This document shows positions 8,721 through 19,663 of a stretch of DNA of 32,000 nt, piece after piece; the stretch's first letter is position 1; each line of letters begins with the position of its first letter. Location of the stretch: positions 300,001-332,000 of the forward strand of contig NZ_CP032551.1 in NCBI RefSeq assembly GCF_009734345.1. Reading direction: 5' to 3'. A program made the translations under genes and the position numbers. The notes under the pieces are model-generated. The model saw only the letters and a program-made list of their open reading frames with translations, ran no database searches and was not told where the DNA came from. Source of the stretch: Pseudidiomarina andamanensis. GTDB lineage: Bacteria; Pseudomonadota; Gammaproteobacteria; Enterobacterales; Alteromonadaceae.

Positions 8721-11024
8721 ATGGAAATTATTATTCTTTTAGTCGTTGTGGTGGTATTGCTCGTCGCGGTACCAGATATTCGCCGCAGCTTAATTACACG
8801 ACCTGCGTTTGCATTCTTTAAACGCGTACTACCGCCGTTATCGCCAACAGAACGCGAGGCTATGCAAGCTGGTGACACATGGTGGGATGCCGACCTTTTT
8901 AGCGGACGTCCAGATTGGCATAAGTTCCACCAGACGAAAGCGCCGCAGTTTACCGAAGCTGAGCAAGCCTTCATTGATAATCAGCTAGAAACCTTACTAG
9001 CGATGCTCGACGATTTCCGTATTGTTCAGCAAGATTCAGACCTACCAAAGAAAGTTTGGGATTACATTCGCAAAGAAAAATTCTTCGCGATGATCATTGG
9101 CAAAGAATTTGGTGGTTTGGATTTTTCGCCAGCAGCGAATTCACACATTGTTTCGCGTATTGCGACACGTTCAATTAGTGCTGCGGTATCAGTCATGGTA
9201 CCCAACTCATTAGGCCCAGGTGAACTACTGACGCATTACGGTACCGATGAACAGAAAAATTATTGGTTGCCGCGTTTAGCGGACGGTACTGACATCCCGT
9301 GCTTTGCGTTGACTGGCCCAGAAGCTGGTTCTGACGCAGGTGCGATTCCAGACACTGGAATTATTTGTAAAGGCGAGTTCGAAGGCAAAGAAGTTGTTGG
9401 TATTCGCTTAAATTGGAGCAAGCGTTACATCACCTTAGCGCCAGTTGCGACAGTATTAGGCTTGGCATTCAAATTGTATGATCCTGATGGCTTGATGGGT
9501 GAGCAAAAAGACATTGGTATCACCTGTGCTTTGATTCCGACGAATCATCCGGGTGTTGAAACAGGTGAGCGCCACTTGCCGTTAAACCAAGCTTTTATGA
9601 ACGGTACAACCTACGGTAAAGACGTATTTATTCCACTCGATTGGATTATTGGTGGTAAAGATTACGCTGGAAAAGGCTGGCGCATGCTGATGGAATGTTT
9701 GTCAGCAGGGCGGGGCATTAGTTTACCAGCCTTAGCGGCGGCGACAGGCCATGTGACTGAGCGTATGACCGGAGCCTATGGCTATGTGCGTCAGCAATTT
9801 GGTATGCCAATTGGTCTGTTCGAAGGCGTACAAGCAGCCATGGGTAAAATTGGCGGTACTAACTATACCTTAGAGTCAATGCGCCGTTTAACAGTAACAG
9901 CACTATGTGAGGGCAAAAGTCCTTCGGTGATTACCGCAATGACTAAATATCACATGACAGAAATGGGGCGCCAGGTGATGGATGCAGCCATGGACGTTCA
10001 TGCTGGTAAAGGCATTCAATTGGGGCCGCGCAACTATTTAGGCCATGGTTATATGGCAACCCCAGTATCGATTACGGTTGAAGGTGCAAACATTCTTACT
10101 CGTAACTTGATGATCTTTGGTCAGGGCGCGACTCGTTGCCACCCGTATGTATTGGCGGAAATGGAAGCGGCTTCGAATCCAAATGAAGACGAAGGTTTGC
10201 AGCAATTTGATAGTTTGTTGCTCAAGCATATTGGATTTGCGGCGGGTAATTTCTTCGGTAGTTTATTTATGGGTCTCACTGGCGCCCGCTTTAATGCCAG
10301 CCCGATGAGCGGCCCAACGGCTCGCTATTACCAACAGTTAACCCGAATGAGTCGCGCACTTGCATTAACTGCCGATATGGCAATGCTAGTGATGGGCGGC
10401 GATTTGAAACGTCGCGAGATGTTATCGGCTCGTCTAGGTGATGTTTTAAGTCATCTATATATGGCGTCAGCAGTGTTAAAACGCTACGAAGATGACGGTC
10501 GTCAATCGGGTGATTTGCCATTTGTCGAATATGCTCTTGAGCATCATTTATACGAAATTGGTCAGGCGTTTAAAGGCTTTTTTGCAAACTTCCCAAGCCG
10601 CATTGTGGCCTGGACTTTGCGTTTGGCAATCTTCCCGTTAGGTATTCATTACAACAAACCATCGGATGCCAATTTGCAAGCTGTTGCGAAAAGTATGATG
10701 GAGCCCGGTGTCACCCGTGATCGTCATACTTTCTTATGTTATTGGAAGGATGATGCCAACGACATGACAGGGCATATGGAGCTTGCGTTTTTAGCTATGC
10801 GTGAGCATGCGGATGTCTACAAACGTATTCGCAAAGCGGTGAAGCTCGGCGATATTGCGGAAGATCTCAGTGGTGATGAGCTGGTGAAAGCTGCTCGCAA
10901 AGCTGAAGTGATTACCGCAGACGAAGCGAAATCGCTGAAGAAGACTGAGCAGCTACGAATGACCGCGATTGGTGTTGACCAATTTGCACCAGGTGTTATT
11001 GAGCAGCGCAAGTTTTATTCATAG
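8721..11024 (+). CDS. fadE: Acyl-CoA dehydrogenase FadE (long, membrane-anchored type)
   Basis: 767 aa with a hydrophobic N-terminus. Long colinear blocks with E. coli FadE: PNSLGPGELLTHYGTDEQKNYWLPRLA, IPCFALTGPEAGSDAGAIPDTGI, KRYITLAPVATVLGLAFKL, ITVEGANILTRNLMIFGQGATRCHPYVL, and LGDVLSHLYMASAVLKRYEDDGR. Confidence 0.95.
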   Translation: MEIIILLVVVVVLLVAVPDIRRSLITRPAFAFFKRVLPPLSPTEREAMQAGDTWWDADLFSGRPDWHKFHQTKAPQFTEAEQAFIDNQLETLLAMLDDFRIVQQDSDLPKKVWDYIRKEKFFAMIIGKEFGGLDFSPAANSHIVSRIATRSISAAVSVMVPNSLGPGELLTHYGTDEQKNYWLPRLADGTDIPCFALTGPEAGSDAGAIPDTGIICKGEFEGKEVVGIRLNWSKRYITLAPVATVLGLAFKLYDPDGLMGEQKDIGITCALIPTNHPGVETGERHLPLNQAFMNGTTYGKDVFIPLDWIIGGKDYAGKGWRMLMECLSAGRGISLPALAAATGHVTERMTGAYGYVRQQFGMPIGLFEGVQAAMGKIGGTNYTLESMRRLTVTALCEGKSPSVITAMTKYHMTEMGRQVMDAAMDVHAGKGIQLGPRNYLGHGYMATPVSITVEGANILTRNLMIFGQGATRCHPYVLAEMEAASNPNEDEGLQQFDSLLLKHIGFAAGNFFGSLFMGLTGARFNASPMSGPTARYYQQLTRMSRALALTADMAMLVMGGDLKRREMLSARLGDVLSHLYMASAVLKRYEDDGRQSGDLPFVEYALEHHLYEIGQAFKGFFANFPSRIVAWTLRLAIFPLGIHYNKPSDANLQAVAKSMMEPGVTRDRHTFLCYWKDDANDMTGHMELAFLAMREHADVYKRIRKAVKLGDIAEDLSGDELVKAARKAEVITADEAKSLKKTEQLRMTAIGVDQFAPGVIEQRKFYS

Positions 11025-11037
11025 TAATTAGTCAGAA

Positions 11038-11070
11038 ACAAAAAAGGGCTGTCGAGACAGCCCTTTTTTT
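11038..11070. terminator. Bidirectional rho-independent terminator between convergent fadE and ettA
   Basis: gggctgtc / gacagccc GC-rich stem flanked by an A-run (11037-11045) and a T-run (11064-11070), so it can function on both strands. Confidence 0.85.
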
Positions 11071-11087
11071 ATGCTTAATACCGACAG

Positions 11088-12755
11088 TTACACGCCAATT
11101 GGCTTATAACGAGTACGATGCGGTTCCATAGCCTGTTCGCCATGAGTCTTCTTCATATACTCTTCGTAGTCGGTGTAGTTACCTTCGTAGAAGTTGATCT
11201 GACCTTCATCACGATAATCCAGAATATGGGTCGCGATACGGTCTAAGAACCAACGGTCGTGCGAGATAACTAATGCTGAGCCAGGAAACTCCAGTAATGC
11301 TTCTTCAAGAGCTCGCAAGGTTTCAACATCAAGGTCGTTCGTTGGTTCATCGAGTAACAATAGGTTACCGCCAGCTTTGAGAAGCTTGGCAAGGTGCACT
11401 CGGTTGCGCTCACCACCAGATAGTTCACCAATGTGCTTTTGTTGGTCATTACCACGGAAGTTAAAGCGACCAACGTAGGCTCGGCTGTTAATTTCAAAAT
11501 TACCGATGCGCAGAATATCTTGGCCATCAGAAATTTCCTGCCATACGGTATTTTTGTCGACCATGCTGTCACGGAACTGATCAACGCTAGCTAATTGAAC
11601 CGTATCACCCAACTCTACTGTTCCTGAGTCTGGCTGTTCTTTACCAGTAATCATCCGGAATAGCGTCGATTTACCCGCACCGTTCGGGCCGATAATACCG
11701 ACAATGGCACCTTTCGGTACGCTGAAACTCAAATCATCAATTAATACGCGGCCGTCATAAGCTTTTTTCAGATGATTCACTTCAAGCACTTTGTCACCTA
11801 AGCGTGGGCCTGGTGGAATAAAGAGCTCGTTGGTTTCATTGCGTTTTTGATAGTCGCCACTTTGTAACTCTTCAAAACGAGCCATACGTGCTTTGCTCTT
11901 CGCTTGACGACCTTTCGGATTTTGACGAACCCATTCAAGCTCTTGCTTAATGCTGCGCTGGCGGGCTTTTTCTTGCTTCTCTTCTTGCTCAAGTCGTTTT
12001 TCTTTTTGCTCAAGCCAAGACGAGTAGTTGCCTTCCCAAGGAATGCCGTAACCACGGTCAAGTTCGAGAATCCAGCCCGCCACGTTATCGAGGAAATAAC
12101 GGTCGTGGGTGATTGCTACAACAGTTCCTTCATAGTCATGCAAGAAGCGCTCTAACCATGCGACCGATTCAGCATCCAAGTGGTTAGTCGGTTCATCGAG
12201 AAGCAACATATCTGGCTTACTTAGTAGCAAGCGACAGATGGCGACGCGGCGACGCTCACCACCTGAAAGTACTTTGATTTTTGAATCCCAAGGTGGCAAA
12301 CGCAGTGAATCAGCGGCACGCTCAAGCATGTTCTCGATGTTGTGACCGTCTTTCGCTTGAATGATTGCTTCAAGCTGACCTTGTTTTTTAGCGAGTGCGT
12401 CAAAATCGGCATTTTCATCTGCATAGGCAGCATACACTTGGTCGAGTTCGGCCAGCGCGTTCTTCACGTCAGCAACCGCTTCTTCAACCGTTTCACGCAC
12501 GGTTTTATCTTCATCAAGTTGCGGCTCTTGCGGCAGGTAACCAATTTGCGTACCAGCAAGTGGGCGTGCCTCACCTTCGTATTCTTTATCAACACCAGCC
12601 ATGATGCGTAGTAACGTTGATTTACCCGCACCGTTCAAACCAAGCACACCAATTTTGGCGCCAGGGAAGAATGATAACGAGATATCTTTTAAAATCGTCT
12701 TTTTCGGCGGGACGACTTTACTGACCCGCGACATGGAATAAATGTATTGTGCCAT
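11088..12755 (-). CDS. ettA: Energy-dependent translational throttle ABC-F ATPase EttA
   Basis: 555 aa, the length I recall for E. coli EttA/YjjK. It is near-identical to it over long stretches (MAQYIYSMSRVSKVVPPKK.., GVLGLNGAGKSTLLRIMAG, LSGGERRRVA, second cassette GIIGPNGAGKSTLFRMI, LSGGERNRVHLAK). Confidence 0.97.
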   Translation of the reverse strand: MAQYIYSMSRVSKVVPPKKTILKDISLSFFPGAKIGVLGLNGAGKSTLLRIMAGVDKEYEGEARPLAGTQIGYLPQEPQLDEDKTVRETVEEAVADVKNALAELDQVYAAYADENADFDALAKKQGQLEAIIQAKDGHNIENMLERAADSLRLPPWDSKIKVLSGGERRRVAICRLLLSKPDMLLLDEPTNHLDAESVAWLERFLHDYEGTVVAITHDRYFLDNVAGWILELDRGYGIPWEGNYSSWLEQKEKRLEQEEKQEKARQRSIKQELEWVRQNPKGRQAKSKARMARFEELQSGDYQKRNETNELFIPPGPRLGDKVLEVNHLKKAYDGRVLIDDLSFSVPKGAIVGIIGPNGAGKSTLFRMITGKEQPDSGTVELGDTVQLASVDQFRDSMVDKNTVWQEISDGQDILRIGNFEINSRAYVGRFNFRGNDQQKHIGELSGGERNRVHLAKLLKAGGNLLLLDEPTNDLDVETLRALEEALLEFPGSALVISHDRWFLDRIATHILDYRDEGQINFYEGNYTDYEEYMKKTHGEQAMEPHRTRYKPIGV

Positions 12756-12903
12756 AACAGCATGCGTTCCTTTTTGAGGCGATATTTAATAGCTAAAATC
12801 GTAATTGTTTATTTTAACCCTTAAGTTGGCGCTAACCCAAGTATATTGGTAAACTAGGCGCCACTTATTTTTTGTTCGACAGTTTGTAAAGTCAGGAGCC
12901 CCG

Positions 12904-14160
12904 ATGTTAAAACATGAAATGAATATTGCCGATTATGATGCAGATTTATGGCAGGCAATGACTGGCGAAGTTCAACGCCAAGAAGAGCACATTGAATTAA
13001 TCGCTTCAGAAAATTACACCAGTCCGCGTGTACTTGAAGCACAGGGCTCGCAACTGACGAACAAATATGCCGAAGGTTACCCGCACAAGCGTTATTACGG
13101 CGGTTGCGAATACGTTGACGCCGTTGAAGATTTAGCGATTGAGCGTGCGAAACAATTGTTCGGCGCAAAATACGCCAACGTACAGCCACACGCTGGCTCA
13201 CAAGCAAACTCAGCGGTGTTTTTAGCATTATTAAATGCTGGCGATACGGTTCTGGGTATGAGCTTGGCCCACGGTGGTCACTTGACCCACGGCTCACACG
13301 TCAACTTCTCAGGTAAATTGTACAATGCTGTGCAGTATGGTTTGGATGAAGCGACTGGCGAAATCAATTACGCTGAAGTGCGTGAGTTAGCTCTTGAACA
13401 CAAACCTAAAATGATTGTTGCGGGCTTCTCTGCTTACTCAGGAGTAGTTGACTGGGCAAAATTCCGTGAAATCGCCGATGTAGTGGGTGCATATTTGTTA
13501 GTTGATATGGCTCACGTTGCTGGTTTAGTTGCAGCGGGCCTATATCCAAACCCAGTGCCATTTGCTGATGTGGTTACCACTACTACTCATAAAACATTAG
13601 CTGGCCCACGTAGTGGTTTGATTTTGTCGGGTAAAGACGACGAAGACTTGCACAAGAAATTAAATAGTGGCGTATTCCCTGGTAGCCAAGGCGGCCCGTT
13701 GTGTCATGTGATTGCAGCCAAAGCGGTTGCATTTAAAGAAGCGATGGAGCCGGAGTTCAAAGCGTACCAGCAGCAAGTATTAGATAACGCGAACGCGATG
13801 GTTAACGTCATGCAATCACGTGGCTATAAGATTGTTTCAGGCGGTACTAAGAACCACTTGTTCTTAGTTGACCTCATCGATAAAGATATTACCGGTAAAG
13901 ACGCGGATGCTGCGCTTGGTCGTGCCTATATCACAGTGAATAAAAACTCGGTACCAAATGATCCGCGCTCACCATTTGTAACCTCTGGCTTACGTTTGGG
14001 TACCCCAGCGATTACGCGCCGTGGCTTCAAGCAAGCCGAAGCCGAGCAAGTAGCGAACTGGATTTGTGACGTCCTTGATAACATCAATGACGAAAGCGTG
14101 ATTGAACAAGTTCGAGAGCAAGTGAAAGCATTGTGTAAACAGTTTCCTGTTTATAAATAA
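12904..14160 (+). CDS. glyA: Serine hydroxymethyltransferase
   Basis: [19 protein letters not shown].. is colinear with E. coli GlyA. The PLP-lysine region [16 protein letters not shown] is present. Confidence 0.97.
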   Translation: MLKHEMNIADYDADLWQAMTGEVQRQEEHIELIASENYTSPRVLEAQGSQLTNKYAEGYPHKRYYGGCEYVDAVEDLAIERAKQLFGAKYANVQPHAGSQANSAVFLALLNAGDTVLGMSLAHGGHLTHGSHVNFSGKLYNAVQYGLDEATGEINYAEVRELALEHKPKMIVAGFSAYSGVVDWAKFREIADVVGAYLLVDMAHVAGLVAAGLYPNPVPFADVVTTTTHKTLAGPRSGLILSGKDDEDLHKKLNSGVFPGSQGGPLCHVIAAKAVAFKEAMEPEFKAYQQQVLDNANAMVNVMQSRGYKIVSGGTKNHLFLVDLIDKDITGKDADAALGRAYITVNKNSVPNDPRSPFVTSGLRLGTPAITRRGFKQAEAEQVANWICDVLDNINDESVIEQVREQVKALCKQFPVYK

Positions 14161-14180
14161 ATGAATTAAGGAACGAGCGT

Positions 14181-14630
14181 ATGCATTGTCCTTTTTGTGG
14201 CACACAAGATACCAAAGTGATTGATTCGCGCCTGGTGGCAGACGGCGCTTCCGTGCGCCGCCGCCGTGAGTGTACAGAGTGCAAGGAGCGCTTTACGACG
14301 TTTGAAACGGCAGAACTGATTATGCCGCGCGTGATTAAATCAGACGGTACTCGTGAGCCATTTAACGAGGACAAACTACGCAATGGTTTACTGCGAGCTT
14401 TGGAAAAACGCCCAGTGAGTCTAGAAGCGATGGAGCAGGCGATTCAGAATGTGAAATCGTCACTGCGAGCTACCGGTGAGCGTGAAATCACAAGCCAAGT
14501 TATTGGTGGGCTAGTGATGGAAAATCTTAAGGCGCTCGATAAAGTTGCTTACATTCGCTTTGCGTCGGTTTACCGTGCGTTTGACGATATTCGTGAGTTT
14601 GGCGAGGAGATAGCACGCCTCAATGACTGA
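14181..14630 (+). CDS. nrdR: Transcriptional repressor NrdR
   Basis: [33 protein letters not shown] zinc ribbon plus an ATP-cone. Conserved position upstream of ribD. Confidence 0.95.
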   Translation: MHCPFCGTQDTKVIDSRLVADGASVRRRRECTECKERFTTFETAELIMPRVIKSDGTREPFNEDKLRNGLLRALEKRPVSLEAMEQAIQNVKSSLRATGEREITSQVIGGLVMENLKALDKVAYIRFASVYRAFDDIREFGEEIARLND

Positions 14631-15738
14631 TCCACAGGCCTGTCATCAACGTTATATGCAACGCGCCCTTGAGCTTGCCGCTCAGGGGCGTTTTTCAACT
14701 GCGCCTAACCCAATGGTTGGTTGCGTGGTGGTTGCTGATGGCAAAATTGTTGGTGAGGGTTGGCATCAGCGAGCTGGTGAGCCTCACGCTGAAGTATACG
14801 CACTCGGTGAAGCGGGAGCCTTGGCGAAAGGTGCGGCAGTTTATGTCACGCTAGAGCCATGTAGCCATTTTGGCCGTACGCCGCCATGCGCCGATGCGTT
14901 GATTAAGGCTGAAGTAGCGACCGTAGTCGTAGCGATGAAAGATCCCAACCCTCTGGTTAGCGGCGAAGGGATTGAGCGCCTGCGCGCGAATGGCATTGAG
15001 GTGATCGTCGGTATTCTTGAACAGCAAGCGTTGGCACTTAACAACGGGTTTGTTGCACGAATGCAGCGTCAGCGGCCGTGGTTACGAGTGAAGATGGCCG
15101 CTAGCCTCGATGGTCGTACTGCACTATCAAATGGTGAGAGTCAGTGGATAACCAGTACCGATGCGCGTCGCGATGTTCATCGTTGGCGAGCTCAAAGTGG
15201 TGCGATTTTGAGTACAGCAAAAACAGTACTGGCTGATAATGCGATTTTAACCGCACGCCATCCGCAGGCCGAACGGCAACCAACTCGAGTGATTATTGAC
15301 TCGCAGGGGTTGTTAACCGGGCAAGAGGCCCTATTTAAAGAACCGTTCCCAATTATCGTGGTGCATGCGCCCGATACGATTGTCGAACGAACTTGGGCAG
15401 CGCATGTAGAATGCATCACCATTGTTCGCACGAATAACGGGCACATCGATTTAACACAATTGATGCATGTACTTGCCGACAAGCAGGTCAACTCGGTTTG
15501 GACCGAATGCGGTGCGCAGTTAGCTGGCGCATTATTGACGGCTGAATTAGTCGATGAATTGGTGCTGTATTTAGCGCCAAAATTAATGGGCCATCATGGC
15601 CACGGATTATTGAATTTGCCGGCATTTACTCACATGAGCCAAGTGCCAGAACTAACTTTAAAAGATGTTCGTCAGGTTGCGGATGATGTTCGAATTATCG
15701 CGGTTCCGCGCCGGGTGAGAGGAGACTTAACGTCGTGA
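14623..15738 (+). CDS. ribD: Bifunctional riboflavin biosynthesis protein RibD (pyrimidine deaminase/uracil reductase)
   Basis: Deaminase zinc motifs HAEVYAL and [13 protein letters not shown] are present, followed by a C-terminal reductase domain. There is an 8 nt overlap with nrdR. Confidence 0.95.
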   Translation: MTDPQACHQRYMQRALELAAQGRFSTAPNPMVGCVVVADGKIVGEGWHQRAGEPHAEVYALGEAGALAKGAAVYVTLEPCSHFGRTPPCADALIKAEVATVVVAMKDPNPLVSGEGIERLRANGIEVIVGILEQQALALNNGFVARMQRQRPWLRVKMAASLDGRTALSNGESQWITSTDARRDVHRWRAQSGAILSTAKTVLADNAILTARHPQAERQPTRVIIDSQGLLTGQEALFKEPFPIIVVHAPDTIVERTWAAHVECITIVRTNNGHIDLTQLMHVLADKQVNSVWTECGAQLAGALLTAELVDELVLYLAPKLMGHHGHGLLNLPAFTHMSQVPELTLKDVRQVADDVRIIAVPRRVRGDLTS

Positions 15739-16865
15739 CTCGTTTAAACAGTGCTGCAGAAATCATTGAAGATATTCGCCAAGGCAAGATGGTCATCTTG
15801 ATGGACGATGAAGATCGGGAAAATGAAGGCGATCTGATTCTTGCTGCAGAATGTGTCACACCGGCGGCTATTAATTTCATGGCGCGCTATGGGCGTGGCC
15901 TGATTTGTCTTACGTTAACCGAAGAGCGCTGCAAGCAATTACGTTTGCCGCTAATGGTTGATCAAAACAACTCACCTTATGCGACGAACTTTACCGTCTC
16001 TATCGAAGCGGCAGAGGGTGTTACCACAGGAATTTCAGCGGCCGATAGAGCACGTACCGTGCAAGCTGCCGTGGCAAAAGATGCGCAACCGGCAGATTTA
16101 GTTATGCCGGGCCACATCTTTCCGTTGAAAGCAAAATCAGGCGGCGTATTAAACCGTGCGGGTCACACGGAAGCTGGTTGCGACCTTGCGCGTTTAGCTG
16201 GTTTTGAACCAGCGGCTGTCATCGTCGAGATCCTAAATGAAGATGGCACTATGGCGCGTCGTCCTGATCTTGAAAAATTCGCAGCAGAGCACGATTTAAA
16301 GATTGGTACGATTGCGGACTTAATTGAATACCGGTCACTGAAAGAAAAAACCGTTGAGCGTAAAGCACATTGTAAATTACCAACAGCATATGGTGAGTTT
16401 GAACTGATTACCTATCAAGACACCATTGATAAGCAAGTACACTACGCATTGGTACATGGTGAAGTTGACCCTGATAAACCAGTGAATGTGCGCGTGCATT
16501 TGCAAGATACATTTAATGATCTATTTGCCACTCAACGCGCAGCCAAGCGCAGTTGGCCGCTCGGGCATGCGATGGAATACATCGGTCAAAATGACGGTGT
16601 ACTCGTGGTTATTGGTCGTCAACAAAGCCCGCAGGATATTTTAGAGCAGGTGATGAGTTTCGCTGCGGAAGACCGCGGTGAAGTGAAGCCAACGGCAGCA
16701 GCTTCGAATGCTTCGCGTAATGTGGGTATCGGGTCGCAGATATTAGCCGACTTGGGCGTGCATCACATGCACCTAATGAGTTCACCAAAGCGTTACTCGG
16801 CGCTATCAGGTTTCGGGCTTGAAGTAGTCGATTTTATCGAAGATGAGCAAGCTGGCGGCGAATAA
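15735..16865 (+). CDS. ribB: 3,4-dihydroxy-2-butanone-4-phosphate synthase fused to a degenerate GTP cyclohydrolase II-like domain (RibBA/RibBX type)
   Basis: GTGA overlap with ribD. The N-terminal half has DHBP synthase motifs ([28 protein letters not shown]). The C-terminal half aligns to RibA but lacks the HSECLTGD...CDCG zinc-Cys motif; [23 protein letters not shown] is found instead. Confidence 0.85.
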   Translation: MTRLNSAAEIIEDIRQGKMVILMDDEDRENEGDLILAAECVTPAAINFMARYGRGLICLTLTEERCKQLRLPLMVDQNNSPYATNFTVSIEAAEGVTTGISAADRARTVQAAVAKDAQPADLVMPGHIFPLKAKSGGVLNRAGHTEAGCDLARLAGFEPAAVIVEILNEDGTMARRPDLEKFAAEHDLKIGTIADLIEYRSLKEKTVERKAHCKLPTAYGEFELITYQDTIDKQVHYALVHGEVDPDKPVNVRVHLQDTFNDLFATQRAAKRSWPLGHAMEYIGQNDGVLVVIGRQQSPQDILEQVMSFAAEDRGEVKPTAAASNASRNVGIGSQILADLGVHHMHLMSSPKRYSALSGFGLEVVDFIEDEQAGGE

Positions 16866-17741
16866 CTAAGCCGACAACTCCAAAACGCGGCGCCACAGTG
16901 TTTCATTGGTTGGCGCCGCAGTTCCAGCCGCTGCGCTTTGGCGTGCAACGAAACCATTCAGGTAGTCAATTTCAGTGCGGCGCTGCTGGCGCACATCCAT
17001 CAGCATCGACGAGTAGTTATTCGCCGTATTTTTAATAACGCTGCGGGCACTTTCAACCAAACTTTCCGAGTTTAATTGAATACCTTGATGTTCCGCTAAC
17101 CAACAAATCTCCTCGGCAACCTGATGTTGTAGCTCGGTAATATTGTGCTGTAGTAACTCACCATTGCGACAATCATGAATAACCGTGAACGGATTGATTA
17201 AACAATTAATGGCAAGCTTTTGCCAGCGACGTTGGTTGATGGCCGGACTCCAATTCAGCAGCGGTAACGCATTATTTAATACACTAAATAACTCAGCTGG
17301 GCGGCTACTCGAAGCATGCTCTACGCGTGCCCAACCTAACCAACTCTCGCCAAGGCCAGCGTGAACCACTTCATTGCCATTCTTGTATGCGCCATGTGTT
17401 GTCACCCAATGCAAAGCGCGCTCCGGCATGATGTTAATTTCGTTCTCAAGCATACCGTTGTAACTCAAAACAATCGAGGAACCCGCTGGTAACGGCGCCT
17501 GCTTTAACTCTTCGAGAAAATTGGCGACATCATAGGCTTTGATCGCAGCAAAAATTTGGGTTGGTTGCTCGATTGGAAATTGCTGTACACCAAACTCGAG
17601 CGAATGCGCGGCATGAATGATTTCAATCGCGCGTGCTTTGCCAGGCACGCGTGGCTTTATCGAGACATGTTCACCGACTCGACGTAAGTTAACGGCCATT
17701 AAACTTCCGACAGCACCTGTGCCAGCAACTAACCAATGCAT
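16866..17741 (-). CDS. panE: 2-dehydropantoate 2-reductase (PanE/ApbA family)
   Basis: N-terminal GTGAVGS Rossmann motif. WQKLAINCLINPFTVIHDCRNGELL and SSMLMDVRQQRRTEIDYLNGFV are colinear with E. coli PanE. Confidence 0.8.
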   Translation of the reverse strand: MHWLVAGTGAVGSLMAVNLRRVGEHVSIKPRVPGKARAIEIIHAAHSLEFGVQQFPIEQPTQIFAAIKAYDVANFLEELKQAPLPAGSSIVLSYNGMLENEINIMPERALHWVTTHGAYKNGNEVVHAGLGESWLGWARVEHASSSRPAELFSVLNNALPLLNWSPAINQRRWQKLAINCLINPFTVIHDCRNGELLQHNITELQHQVAEEICWLAEHQGIQLNSESLVESARSVIKNTANNYSSMLMDVRQQRRTEIDYLNGFVARQSAAAGTAAPTNETLWRRVLELSA

Positions 17742-19076
17742 TTATTCGAGCTCCCGATGATAATTTTGCTCTAAGCGCGTGAGTGACTTACGTAGCGCGA
17801 ATAAAATCAACAAACTTGGTAATACCATGATGGCTGTGAGAATAAAGAATAACTGCCAGTTTCCGTCTAGCCAGTTTACAACGTACCCGCTATAGGACGA
17901 GAGTAACGTACGTCCCAAGTTTCCGAGTGAAGCAAATAAGGCGTATTGAGTTGCGGTAAAGGCGCGATTCGCCAATAAACTAATGAACGCGACAAATGCG
18001 ACCGTAGACCAAGCAGCCGTAAAGCCGTCGATGATCACCGCAGCAAGGAACAGATTAGTATTCGGACCGACGCCAGCAATCCAGGCGAACATCAAGTTCG
18101 ATGCGGCCATTGCAATACCGCCTAACATAAGTCCGCGAACAATTCCTAAACGCAAGTTCACGAAACTGCCGAGAATAGCGAAGATGATGGTCACCCACCA
18201 ATTGACCATCTTCGAATACACCGCAATGTCATCGTTGCTAAAGCCTACTTCTTTATAGAAAACAATCGACATGCGGCCGAGAAAAGCTTCGCCAATTTTA
18301 AACAGAAAAATGAATGACAGCATGCCCACCGCGAGCTTCCAACCATTGCGCTTAAAGAACTCGGTGATGGGGTCAACAAGAGTATTGCGTAGCCAATCGA
18401 GCCAATGATTAAACGTTGGTATAGCCGGGCGGTAGCGAATTGATTCTTTCACTGCCAGTACAAACAGTAATTGCGCGACAATCACAAAGCACAAGACTAA
18501 ATAGGCGTCTTGCCAGAATAGGCTGGTGCCATCAACTAAGAAGAATGGAATAGCCCCAAGCCCACTATAGCCGCTCCACCAACCGGCCGTTGCCATGGCT
18601 GCGCCGGCTGACTGCAGACGCGCTTCATGCGGGCCAAAGGTTTCAATTCGAAACGCATCAATGGCAATATCTTGGGTTGATGAAAATATAGCGATGACTA
18701 AAGCCGCAAAGGCAACCCACCACAAATGTTCAACAACATTAATTTGAGTGAGTACGGCGGTGGCCAATAAAATACCCGTTAAACAGAGAGCCATCCAGGA
18801 GCGACGTTGCCCGAGCAACCCATTCAACAAAGGGAGTTTGACGCGGTCGATCAGTGGAGACCATAGTGCATTGATTGAGTACGCGATGAATACCACGCCG
18901 AACAGTCCGATAGCGGAACGATCGACGCCGACTTCCTGCAACCAAGCTGAGAGCATGGAGCCGATGAGTACCCATGGAAATCCGCTAATGACACCGAAGC
19001 CAAAAATTACCCAAACTCGGGGTTCACGATATACCGCAAGGTCTTTATACCAAGGCGTTGAATTCGGCAAACTCAC
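17742..19076 (-). CDS. ampG: AmpG-family muropeptide MFS permease
   Basis: 444 aa polytopic MFS protein. The N-terminal region (YREPRVWVIFGFGVISGFPWVLIGSMLSAWLQEVGVDRSAIGLF) and RRRSW loop are typical of AmpG. Its stop abuts the panE start. Confidence 0.85.
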   Translation of the reverse strand: MSLPNSTPWYKDLAVYREPRVWVIFGFGVISGFPWVLIGSMLSAWLQEVGVDRSAIGLFGVVFIAYSINALWSPLIDRVKLPLLNGLLGQRRSWMALCLTGILLATAVLTQINVVEHLWWVAFAALVIAIFSSTQDIAIDAFRIETFGPHEARLQSAGAAMATAGWWSGYSGLGAIPFFLVDGTSLFWQDAYLVLCFVIVAQLLFVLAVKESIRYRPAIPTFNHWLDWLRNTLVDPITEFFKRNGWKLAVGMLSFIFLFKIGEAFLGRMSIVFYKEVGFSNDDIAVYSKMVNWWVTIIFAILGSFVNLRLGIVRGLMLGGIAMAASNLMFAWIAGVGPNTNLFLAAVIIDGFTAAWSTVAFVAFISLLANRAFTATQYALFASLGNLGRTLLSSYSGYVVNWLDGNWQLFFILTAIMVLPSLLILFALRKSLTRLEQNYHRELE

Positions 19077-19663
19077 TGGACTGGTACTACTTCAATTTTT
19101 TTCAATACCGGAGGTTGCTTCGGAACGTTCGGCCAGCCGGTTTGTTCGTGGTAAAACTCAGTTTCTACGCTAGCGAGTTTTTCGAGAACTTCTTCACCAG
19201 AAACCACCCATCCGAATACCGCGTATCCCCAACCTTTGGTTGATGGATTTAAGGTTTCGTTATCATTCATATTGAAATAGAACTGACGAGTCGCTGAATG
19301 CGGATCGGATGTTCGCGCCATCGCAATCGTACCGTAATTATTGAGCTTACCATTTCCGGATTCATTGAATATTGGGTCAAACATGGTTTTCGCTTCGAAG
19401 TTTTTATCATAGCCGCCACCTTGCACAACGAATCCCGGAATAATGCGGTGGAAAATGGTGTTGTTATAACTTCCAGCCTGCACGTACATTAGGAAATTTT
19501 CGACGGTAATAGGGGCTTTAGCGCGATCGAGTTCGACCACTATATCCCCTTCAGTGGTAATGAATTTTACCTTCGGGAATAAATTGTCAGGTTGAACTTG
19601 GGCGGCAGAACTCATACTGCTCAAGAACATGACGACGGTTAGAAGCAGATAACGCATAATCAT
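19073..19663 (-). CDS. ppiA: Periplasmic cyclophilin-type peptidyl-prolyl cis-trans isomerase
   Basis: Signal peptide MIMRYLLLTVVMFLSSMSSAAQ followed by cyclophilin motifs (FHRIIPGFVVQGGG, GTIAMAR, FGWVVSGEEVL). There is a 4 nt overlap with ampG. Confidence 0.9.
   Translation of the reverse strand: MIMRYLLLTVVMFLSSMSSAAQVQPDNLFPKVKFITTEGDIVVELDRAKAPITVENFLMYVQAGSYNNTIFHRIIPGFVVQGGGYDKNFEAKTMFDPIFNESGNGKLNNYGTIAMARTSDPHSATRQFYFNMNDNETLNPSTKGWGYAVFGWVVSGEEVLEKLASVETEFYHEQTGWPNVPKQPPVLKKIEVVPVQ

Noticed and set aside
14161-15738. A search for an FMN riboswitch or a separate promoter ahead of the rib genes.
   Set aside because: nrdR-ribD-ribB(X) are linked by 8 nt and 4 nt overlaps, which leaves no leader in which an RFN element could reside.
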